Assembly: GCA_026984935.1 (NCBI GenBank)
Contig: JALSRD010000028.1
Location: 7,097-71,096 of the forward strand
Source of the DNA: Desulfobacterales bacterium
GTDB lineage: Bacteria > Desulfobacterota > Desulfobacteria > Desulfobacterales > JALSRD01
DNA length: 64,000 nucleotides
Direction of reading: 5' to 3'
Part shown: piece after piece, positions 49,163-57,400 of the stretch
Numbering within the stretch: the stretch's first letter is position 1
Layout: each line of letters starts with the position of its first letter
Notes under the pieces: generated by a model
The model's input: the letters and a program-made list of their open reading frames with translations, nothing else
What the model was told of the DNA's origin: nothing
The model's database searches: none
Program-made: the position numbers and the translations under genes

Positions 49163-49555
49163 CTAGGCCGCAGCCTTTTGCCCGTACCCCCACGAAAAGT
49201 TTTTGCGCCAGGCGCCGGCGCCGCCGATACGCACCCCGGCCAGGGTGATCTCGGCAAAATCCACGCTGCGGGTCATGCGCACGAGCCCCAGCGCCAGTTC
49301 GAGGTCGGCCTCCAGCCGCATGGCTTCGTCGCCGCCGATCAGGTAGGCGACGTCATGCCAGAAACAAACCTGGTATACCGGATGCCCTCGCCAGGTCTGA
49401 TACCAGCAGGAACACCCATCAAAAATCCATTCTGCCGGCAGCCGGTCCAGGTTGTCCTGCAGGCGCCTGGCCAGATCCGTTTTGCCGTGGGCATTGCAAA
49501 TCGCGATCGCATCTTTGGTTGATACCGTTGTGCCGGGTTTGGGTATCTCCATCAT
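49163..49555 (-). CDS. phage protein with phospholipase-A2-like / DUF1353-like motif pair
   Basis: 130 aa. FDGCSCW ... CFWHDVAY matches the DGxS ... CxxHDxxY pattern. Confidence 0.55.
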   Translation of the reverse strand: MMEIPKPGTTVSTKDAIAICNAHGKTDLARRLQDNLDRLPAEWIFDGCSCWYQTWRGHPVYQVCFWHDVAYLIGGDEAMRLEADLELALGLVRMTRSVDFAEITLAGVRIGGAGAWRKNFSWGYGQKAAA

Positions 49556-49556
49556 C

Positions 49557-49784
49557 TCAACTCTCCCGTCCGTTGGATGCCCGCGCCATGAAATACAGCG
49601 CCACCACCGTGGACACCGGTCCGCCCACCACTTTCAGCACCTCGATCACCTCTTTGACACTGTGCGCCCGGTCGGCGCCAATAATGGCCACGGCACAAAA
49701 AGTGCCCACCAGCAGGATCGCCAGGGTGCGCCGGGCAAAGGTCTTGGGCGCCGTGGCGCGGATAAATTCAGCCAGCCTGTTCAT
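49557..49784 (-). CDS. small two-TM membrane protein (holin-like candidate)
   Basis: 75 aa with G/C-ending codon bias. The hydrophobic segments are TLAILLVGTFCAVAIIGA and VVGGPVSTVVALYFMA. Confidence 0.5.
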   Translation of the reverse strand: MNRLAEFIRATAPKTFARRTLAILLVGTFCAVAIIGADRAHSVKEVIEVLKVVGGPVSTVVALYFMARASNGRES

Positions 49785-50007
49785 TTTCTGCCTCCATTTT
49801 ACGGATGCCGCGCAGCACGATGTCGCGTTCGGCGCGCAGGTCCTCCAGGTGTCGCTCGTTTTCGCGCACGCAGGCGCGGTATTTTTCGATGCGCACCAGG
49901 GTCAAGCGGATATTTTCGTCCAGCTGTCGCCGCCGGCGCCACAGGTCACATAATTTGGTCGGGGTTACCCTCCTGACTATCGGGCTCATCGCAATCCCTC
50001 CGCTCAA
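49768..50007 (-). CDS. hypothetical phage protein (coiled coil)
   Basis: 79 aa that is Arg/Glu-rich and helical. It overlaps the next gene's start by 17 nt. The start could instead be the internal Met at 49989. Confidence 0.45.
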   Translation of the reverse strand: MSGGIAMSPIVRRVTPTKLCDLWRRRRQLDENIRLTLVRIEKYRACVRENERHLEDLRAERDIVLRGIRKMEAENEQAG

Positions 50008-50185
50008 GGCCGAATTTGCGCCGTATCGCCTTACAGATCCGCAGGATCTCGCGCTTGCGCTGGCCGCTCAACTGGTTATCGACCTCCGGCCGGCAACGGT
50101 CCTCCCAGCTCGACAAGTACAAGTCCAGCGCTTCATTGCCGCCCAGGCGCCATAGCCCCCACAAAATCAGGCGCAGCTTCAGCAT
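49946..50185 (-). CDS. hypothetical phage protein
   Basis: 79 aa. It begins immediately after the lipoprotein stop and has an acceptable third-position G/C bias. Confidence 0.45.
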   Translation of the reverse strand: MLKLRLILWGLWRLGGNEALDLYLSSWEDRCRPEVDNQLSGQRKREILRICKAIRRKFGLERRDCDEPDSQEGNPDQIM

Positions 50186-50716
50186 TTACGGACCTCCGAC
50201 CACCACGGGCGGTGCCGTGGCGGAATTGTCGGTGGCCGGGTTTTTGCTGTCGATATTCCACTCCACGCTGCCGGATCCGGCATTGGCGTTGGCATTGCCG
50301 TTAAAGGTGTATTGTGTGGTGTTGACCGGACCGGGCGGCCGCTGCCGCGCGGCATAGTCAATCCCGCGTGCGGCCACGCTGTCCAATACATGCAGGCCAA
50401 AGGCCCCCGTGGCATATGGCACGGCCTTGCCAAGGGTGCCCATAAACACCGCGAAATTACCCGGCGGCGGATGATACCCGGGGGGCGGCGACAGGTTGAG
50501 CGGGCCATAATAAACCATCTTGCCGACGATCTTGACCGGCTCTTTTTCTGTGCCGACAAACTCTATGATTTTGTGGCTGGCCATTTTTTCCGCATACTGC
50601 TGCCACATTTCCAGCTGCTTGGCGTACTCCGGGTTGATCTTAGGGTTGTCCACCATGGATGCGCACCCGGCGCAAATCAAAAGTGCGGCTAGAACTGCGT
50701 AAAAAGGTGTTCGCAT
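50186..50716 (-). CDS. phage lipoprotein (spanin-like candidate)
   Basis: 176 aa with a signal peptide and lipobox (LLICAGC). Its start lies 77 nt inside the 3' end of the M23 peptidase gene, in another frame. Confidence 0.7.
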   Translation of the reverse strand: MRTPFYAVLAALLICAGCASMVDNPKINPEYAKQLEMWQQYAEKMASHKIIEFVGTEKEPVKIVGKMVYYGPLNLSPPPGYHPPPGNFAVFMGTLGKAVPYATGAFGLHVLDSVAARGIDYAARQRPPGPVNTTQYTFNGNANANAGSGSVEWNIDSKNPATDNSATAPPVVVGGP

Positions 50717-51122
50717 GGCTGTCGTCTCCGATGGGTGATTGCACCCGGTTGTTGATCAATAACAAAGGATCCATATCCCGCACCTGCAGATGCAGATGCG
50801 CCGTCATGCCCTGGCCGGGATAGTGCTTGGTGACGTCCTGGCAAAGACCGATCACCTGGCCCTGGCGCACGTACTCTCCGACCAGGCCGGGCGTCGGCTC
50901 GAAGTAAAACAGCAAAAGCGCAAGCTCCTTGTTGCGCATCAGCACGCCGGACAGATCGCGGCCGGTGTAGGGCCGGGCCACGCGCACGATCTTGCCGGCG
51001 ATGGGCGCCAGCACCGGGTCCCCGGGGACGCAGCAAATATCGACCCCCTTGTGATACCGGTGCGGCCCGCGCGGCGCACCGTAATAGCCGAACCCGGCCG
51101 GGTCGTTGCGGATTTTCATCAT
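50640..51122 (-). CDS. M23 family metallopeptidase (endolysin candidate)
   Basis: The HxxxD motif (HKGVDI) and HxH motif (AHLHLQV) are present. The start is placed at ATG 51120-51122, overlapping the upstream stop; the track ORF extends to 51308. Confidence 0.8.
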   Translation of the reverse strand: MMKIRNDPAGFGYYGAPRGPHRYHKGVDICCVPGDPVLAPIAGKIVRVARPYTGRDLSGVLMRNKELALLLFYFEPTPGLVGEYVRQGQVIGLCQDVTKHYPGQGMTAHLHLQVRDMDPLLLINNRVQSPIGDDSHANTFLRSSSRTFDLRRVRIHGGQP

Positions 51123-51400
51123 CGCTTCCACCCCAGGTGCCTTTCGATGGCCCGCATCTCGGTGCTGTGGATGGCCACCTGCGTGCGGATCTGGGCGATA
51201 TCGGCGACGATTTTCCACTGCGCGCCGCCGATAACAATTACGGTAAAAAACGCCAGCGCGCCGATAAGCCAAAGAAACAGCCGCATGGGCACCTTCTGAA
51301 GTAAGCATTTGTCATGGGCGCTGATCGCTTTTTCACATCTTTCAATGCGATGCCCATGATCTAAACAGCTGTCGCAATAGTTTTTATGTAGCTCAGCCAT
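51119..51400 (-). CDS. single-TM phage membrane protein (holin or i-spanin-like candidate)
   Basis: 93 aa with a Cys/His-rich N-terminus (CDSCLDHGHRIERC), a TM helix (LFLWLIGALAFFTVIVIGG) and a helical C-terminus. Confidence 0.5.
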   Translation of the reverse strand: MAELHKNYCDSCLDHGHRIERCEKAISAHDKCLLQKVPMRLFLWLIGALAFFTVIVIGGAQWKIVADIAQIRTQVAIHSTEMRAIERHLGWKR

Positions 51401-51415
51401 CTGATGCGCTCCAAA

Positions 51416-52696
51416 TTATTGACTTGTTGCCGGTTGTCCTCCAACGGTAAATACGGACGATCCATTAAACATAGGATAACGCGTGCTACTTCCACCACCG
51501 CCTCCGCCGCCAACCGTGTATCCGCTCGCGCCGACCCCGCTGCAACTGCCGGTCCCGGCCAGCGGGTGCGGGCAAGTGTACTCGGCGTAACCGGACTTGG
51601 TTGCCAGGTAGTAATCCCTGTCCGCCTGTAGCACATCTGATATTGTCAGCGTGCCGCAGGCAGGGTCGTTGCCGTCAAGCTCAATCGTGCCGGTATTGGT
51701 ATTGCCCCAGATGTAAACCGGATCGGTGATCTGGCTCGTACCGTTGTGCCCCTGACCGATCTGCCGCGTACAGGGATAGCTTGTGCAGCACCCGCTCTGT
51801 CCGCAGTTCTCGCCGCTTCCGACCTCCCACACAGCCAAAGAGATCGAAGGCTTGCTGCCCCAGGTCCCGGACAATACATCAAAGTTATTGCCGGTGATAA
51901 CCCCCGTGCCGCCGCGCATCTTGATCCAGCCATTGGCAACATTACCCCTATTGGTGGAATACTCGGTATACACAAAATCGTTGTTGATAAACTCCCACGT
52001 CCGGGCGCCGATAGCGGACGAACAGTAACCATGCCCGGCGGCCGCTGAGTTGTTGAACGTGCAGTATCGAACCACGAGGCGGCTGGCGTCATCGGCGTCT
52101 ATGGCGGCGTTTGTCAGGTAATTAAAAGTACACCCCTCGATATAGATATTGCGCTCACCGTCGGTGTCCGCGCCGCCCAGGGTTGAGGCCGTCTGCCAGT
52201 CACTTAAGCCGCCCGTGTTCTTGGCCTGTAGCCCGTATACCCCCTGCACATCCGGGGTTGAGTTTTCAAAGGTGCAGTTGTAAACCAGCGCACCGTTGAC
52301 ATAGAAAGTGATAATTCCCGTAGCTGTATCGTTAGATGCAGATAAGTCGTGTATGATCACCGACTTGCCCGTGCCGCTGATGTCAATGGCCGGGCCGCTG
52401 GTCGTGAGATTACTGATTTCAACGTGGTCTGTTGCGTCCTTGCTGATCGAAATAAGCGGGGACGCGCTGCCGCTGATCGAGATTGCTCCACTCGACCCTT
52501 TAAAATGAATCCCTTTGCCGCTTATTATGAGCGATGTATTCCAGGCGCTGTCGCTTGCCGTCAGCGTGATCGTGTCGCCGTCCACGGCGTTGTTGACAGC
52601 CGTCTGGCATGACGCCTGATCGGTGCAAGAGGCGTCAGCAAAAACAATGGCCGGTGCCAGCAGACAAAAACAGATTAAGCATAAAAGTTTTTTCAT
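51416..52696 (-). CDS. secreted right-handed beta-helix (pectate-lyase-fold-like) protein, tailspike/depolymerase candidate
   Basis: An N-terminal signal peptide (MKKLLCLICFCLLAPAIVFA) is followed by repeated short beta-rung-like segments (ISISGS, IDISGTG, IIHDLSAS, YIEGCTFN, VVRYCTFNN, ITGNNF) and a poly-Gly tail. The start is placed at ATG 52694-52696. Confidence 0.7.
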   Translation of the reverse strand: MKKLLCLICFCLLAPAIVFADASCTDQASCQTAVNNAVDGDTITLTASDSAWNTSLIISGKGIHFKGSSGAISISGSASPLISISKDATDHVEISNLTTSGPAIDISGTGKSVIIHDLSASNDTATGIITFYVNGALVYNCTFENSTPDVQGVYGLQAKNTGGLSDWQTASTLGGADTDGERNIYIEGCTFNYLTNAAIDADDASRLVVRYCTFNNSAAAGHGYCSSAIGARTWEFINNDFVYTEYSTNRGNVANGWIKMRGGTGVITGNNFDVLSGTWGSKPSISLAVWEVGSGENCGQSGCCTSYPCTRQIGQGHNGTSQITDPVYIWGNTNTGTIELDGNDPACGTLTISDVLQADRDYYLATKSGYAEYTCPHPLAGTGSCSGVGASGYTVGGGGGGGSSTRYPMFNGSSVFTVGGQPATSQ

Positions 52697-53244
52697 TGTA
52701 TCCACATCCTCGCCGCATACCCGTTGGCTTCGCTCCCGACACTTGCGGGAGGATCGCACATCGCCGAAGAATAAGCACAAGTGCCGTAGTACCCGGTCTG
52801 CCCGGTCGTGTAGCGATGAGCAAAGTTATTTGTTTCAGTGCTGGCAAATACTCTGTAGTATGTTCCACTGGTCACGGACTGGCTGATCGTACACTCGGCC
52901 CAAGCAGTACTGCTTGGCGCAGTTGTCGAACACTGCGCCAGCAGGTTGTTGCTGTCGTCATACAGACCGATCTTAACGCCGGTTGCTGTAGCTTCACTTG
53001 TCGATAGCTTGACCGCTATCTTGGTTGCCGTACCAGTCGCCCCGGCCTGTATCCGGCCTCCGTAAACATACGCGCTCTCCTGCCAGCCACTGGTCGTTTC
53101 AGCGTTATCACTGGTGTCGGTAATCCCGGCCGGGTAATACCAGGCCGCCGACCCGCCGGATGGGCTGCCCACAATCATCTGCCCGATCGAGGGTGTAGCA
53201 ATTGCTACAACCAGACAGGCTAAAATCAACAGTATGCGTTTCAT
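52693..53244 (-). CDS. secreted hypothetical protein
   Basis: 183 aa with the signal peptide [20 protein letters not shown] and TAATG overlaps link it to both neighbours. Confidence 0.6.
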   Translation of the reverse strand: MKRILLILACLVVAIATPSIGQMIVGSPSGGSAAWYYPAGITDTSDNAETTSGWQESAYVYGGRIQAGATGTATKIAVKLSTSEATATGVKIGLYDDSNNLLAQCSTTAPSSTAWAECTISQSVTSGTYYRVFASTETNNFAHRYTTGQTGYYGTCAYSSAMCDPPASVGSEANGYAARMWIQ

Positions 53245-54461
53245 TAGTACGTCCCCTTAAGGGTCGCCGCCACCTGGCTGACAGTCCCGGAAGGCGTGCC
53301 GTAAACGATCTGCACCCAGGCCCCGGCCGCGATGCTGGTGTCGCTGATGGTCGCCGATGTCCCTGTAGCCGAAGCGGTCACCGCTGCTGAAAGTATGGAT
53401 ACGCAGCTCGTCCCCGTGGACGAGCACTCCTGCACATCAACCGTAATGCTGCCGGTATCGCCCGCGGCTTCGATGACATCGAGACCCGTAACCGTCAGCG
53501 TCTTGTCGGCCTTGAACCAGCGATAAGTAGCAGCAGTCGGGCTGTCTTTGGTGATCGGATGCATCCACGGCGCCGGGTTGCTCGGCACAAACTCGATCCC
53601 GTCTGCCGTGCTGTTGACACGCGGGTACTCCAGCGCGTGGCCGGTGTAGGCCGACGGCGTGTCCGTCAGGCCCAAAAAGGTTGTCGCGCCGCTGCCGCCG
53701 GGGGCCTGCCAGGTGGGGCCGGCGGCCGGCCCGTTGGATGTCAGCACATAGCCGGCGGTGCCCAGGGGCAGCGCTTGCATGACCTGGCTGCCGTCGCGGT
53801 AAAAGGTCACCCAGGCATTGCCTCCGGCCAGGGTGTTGAGGTCGACGTCCTGCGGCTGGGCGCCGATCTCGTTGGGGGTGATCGGCGCGAAAACGGGCGC
53901 CGAGCCACTGCCCTGTGACTTAAGCACATACCCGTATCCCCCCAGCGCCAGCATTTGGGCTGCGCCGAACTGGTCGTAATACACAACCGCATCCGCCGCA
54001 CCCGCGGCCAGGGTGGTCAAGTCGGCATCCTGCGCCTGCGCACCGATGGTCGTCCGCACGCCCAGGGCGTCCACGTCGTCGAGTATGCTGCGCGCAAAAG
54101 CGGTAAAGGCGGTTGTTGCCGCCGTGCCGCTGCCGGTGAAATACGGCAACTTGTCGGCGGCGGATGTCAGACCGGCCAAAGCGGCCAGCTCCGGGTCCGC
54201 CGTCTGGTAGGTCGCCGACAGGTCCGGGATGTCGGCGGCCACCAGGTCGCCCTCCACCTTGTCGGCGATCACCTGCAGGCTGATGCGCCGGTCCTGGGGC
54301 GTCGTGGACGGGTTGATGATCCCGTAAAAGATCGTGTCCATGCCCGGGTTGGTCTCGATGGTCATGTTGATCAGGGGCTGGACCGAGGGTGTGGCGGCCG
54401 CCGGCAGGGCCGGCAGGCTGGCAAGTAAAAAAATCAATGCAACTTTAATCAAGTTTTTCAT
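53244..54461 (-). CDS. tail-fibre-repeat protein with N-terminal signal-peptide-like segment
   Basis: 405 aa. [39 protein letters not shown] is a motif common in phage tail fibres. The N-terminus is [23 protein letters not shown]. Confidence 0.7.
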   Translation of the reverse strand: MKNLIKVALIFLLASLPALPAAATPSVQPLINMTIETNPGMDTIFYGIINPSTTPQDRRISLQVIADKVEGDLVAADIPDLSATYQTADPELAALAGLTSAADKLPYFTGSGTAATTAFTAFARSILDDVDALGVRTTIGAQAQDADLTTLAAGAADAVVYYDQFGAAQMLALGGYGYVLKSQGSGSAPVFAPITPNEIGAQPQDVDLNTLAGGNAWVTFYRDGSQVMQALPLGTAGYVLTSNGPAAGPTWQAPGGSGATTFLGLTDTPSAYTGHALEYPRVNSTADGIEFVPSNPAPWMHPITKDSPTAATYRWFKADKTLTVTGLDVIEAAGDTGSITVDVQECSSTGTSCVSILSAAVTASATGTSATISDTSIAAGAWVQIVYGTPSGTVSQVAATLKGTY

Positions 54462-54464
54462 GCC

Positions 54465-57400
54465 TTACCTCTTCTGCAGTCTGCTTCTTAGCTCACGGAC
54501 ACCGGCGGCCTGCCGCGCCAGGCCCTGTAACTGGTCCACATACCCGGCGATCCGGCGGTCGTAGAGCTCCGTCGATCCGCCGCGCGCCGCAACGGCGGCC
54601 TTTTGGCGCCGCGCGGTCTTGATGCGGCCCATGATCTGCCGTGCCGCGTCGCTTTGCGTTGGATTCAATTTTGCCAGCCGCCGATCCAGTTGCTCGATAT
54701 AGTCCACCGGGTACATTTTCAGCCCCGCCAGCACGTCCGCCAGCACGATCCCGAGGCCGCGCTCGCGGCCGCGGTAGTCGGGCTTGCCGCGCAGGGCGTC
54801 ATACACCTTGCCGATATCCATCACCGGCGTGGGCAACATGGTTTGCGCCAAATGCGCGCCGCGTTTCTTAAACTCTGTCCAGGCGCGCTGGGCACCGCTC
54901 TGCCCAGCGACATCTTCCGGCTTTAGGATCGGTTGTTTCCAGAACCAGTCGTAATTGGTCCCCTGCTGGATGGCCTCTTTCAAAAAGGGATGCGAAAAGG
55001 GCTGCAGCCCGCCCGGGATCCCGCCCCAGCCGCCGGACTCGCCCAGGTCGCCCCAGGGCGTCATGTAGGACAGGTTCAGCCAGTGGTCGCGGCCGAAATT
55101 GTCCGTCACCGGCACGCGCGCGAAGTTCGGCAGCCACGGCAGCCCCAAAAAATGACCGCCCATCCAGTCCGGGCGCGCCTTTTTTTTGAGCTGCGCCGTC
55201 TCGCGCGTATCACCGGCATCCCGCCGCGCGGCCTCTTCCAGGCCCCAGATAATGGCCGCCGGCAGGATAAACCGCTGGGGCGTTTTAACGGCCGCCTCCA
55301 GCACGCGCGGGATCGCCTTGAAGGTAAAGGTGGCAAACGGTGCCCCCAGCAAACTGTTGCGGTAGCGCTCCTGAAAGCGCGTCACGCGGCCGTAGTCAAA
55401 CAGCCACTTGCTGGCATCGGCGGCGGCCTGCTCGGGCGTCATGCCGCGTTTTTGCATGTCGTGCATGAACTTGCTTAATTTGAACCATTCCTCCTCCGCC
55501 TGGTAGGCGTCCCCCAGCTTTTTGCCCATGCGCCGGATGGCGGTCACGGCCTTGCCGATGCCCGTCAGGGTGTCCTCCAGGGACCCGGCCTTGACGCCGG
55601 CCATCTGCCGCTCCACGCGGTCGTACAGGTCGCGCAGCTCGCCGGACACAAAGGTTGACGACAGCAACCCCTCGCGCTTGGCCAGGCGCCAATACTTGCC
55701 GCGGCTGCGCATTTCGCGCGCCGCGCGCGCCAAATACAGCGGCTGCGACCACAGCGGCTGGCCGCCCAGGTGCGCCAACAGGGCGTTGGCGTACATATTG
55801 CGCACGTGGGTTTTCAGGCTCCAGATCACCTTGCCGGACTTCCACTTGGTGGTCAGCTTACGGATGATCCGGTCGGCGGCCGCGGGCGCTTTCAGTGTCC
55901 AGTTGACGTCGCGCGCGATCTCCGGGTGCACCCAGGCGCCGGCAAGCGCGCCCAGTTTTTGGTTTTGCGGCAGCTTTACAAACCCTGCCGGGATCTCGCC
56001 GGCCTTTTCGATCACCGTTTGGGTGCGCCAGCCTTTACCGGTTTTTATTTTGCGCGCATAAATATTCAGGTCCGGGTGCGCGGCCGCCACCTGCTCCAGC
56101 ACATCGGACAGCGGCGCTTGTTTGTTCTTCGCGCGCGCGTCCGCGATCTCGCCCTTGACGGCCGCGATGACGTCCGCCGGCGGCCTGGGCGTATAGGCCC
56201 AGTCCGGGTTCTCGGCGATGCGCGCCAGCCAGCGCGCCGTCTGGATGCTGTGGGACAGCTGCACAATGCCCTTGGCCACCGGGTAGCCCGGCGTCAGGAT
56301 CTCGCCCATCTGTTGGCGGATCTCCGCCGGGATGTCCTTGCGCCGCCGGAAGCGCTCAAGGTCCAGGCGCTCGGGCGCCCTTTCGCCGTAGCGCGACAAT
56401 AAGCCTTGGTACTCCTTGCTGGTGTACAGCCGCGGCATGTAGCGCCCGGCGTTTTTAAAAAAGGTCTTTTCATCCAGCAGCCCGGCGTCCACGGCCTGCT
56501 TGCCCAGCTCCAAAAGCGCCCAGGAGGCCTCCGAGGCCAGTTTTTCTTCCGCCGGCGACAACGATACGTCCTGCCCGGTGATCGCCTGGCCGATGCGCAG
56601 CTGGCTGTCCTCGGGCACGGATTGCAGGCGGTTTCCCAAATCGATGCCGTACTCGGCGCCGATCTGCCGGCCGCGGCGCATTTTGTCCAGGCTGCGCACA
56701 TACCCGGGGCTGTCTTTTAAGTCGCCGCGGTAGTTATAATCCAGCGCCCGGCGCATGGCGGAAACCCCGCGCCCGGCCACCGGGATTTTCTCCAGGGCGT
56801 CCGGGATCTTGCCCATGATCCACTTGTCCCAGACCGGCGCGCCGATATACTTTTCCCAAAACCGGGCCCCTTCGGACAACGCCTGCAGCGGCAGGCCGCC
56901 GTACAAGCGTGTTCCCGAGTTCAAATCCCTTACGGCTCCGGATGTATGGTCTCTGGCCGGCACGCGCCGGGTGGACGAATGAGACGCCTGGCTGGCGTCC
57001 ATACCGGTGTCGGAAAGGACGATATCGGGGATCGTGATCTGGGTGGCATCGCGCACTTTCCAGATGGCGTTGCGTAAATTATCGCGCTCCGGTTTCATGA
57101 TGCTGGATTTAAAAAACGGCAGCACCATGCTGGCGTTGTGGCGCTCCACCGCGCCGATCAAGTCGGCGGCGAAATCGCGCATCGGTTGGCCCGGACGGTA
57201 GCGCCAAACGCCCATCGGGTGCAGCTTGGCATCCAACAAAATGGCGCCCTCTTGATCCATGAGGTTATTTTTTTTGAGATAATCGCGCACTTCGACATGA
57301 TCGTTGAGTTTTTCGGTGGCCGGTAATTTTTTCAGTGTGCGCTCGCGCACCGGTATGGTGGCGGTTCTCAGGATGGGCCGCAAGTCAGCAGCGGTGTCCG

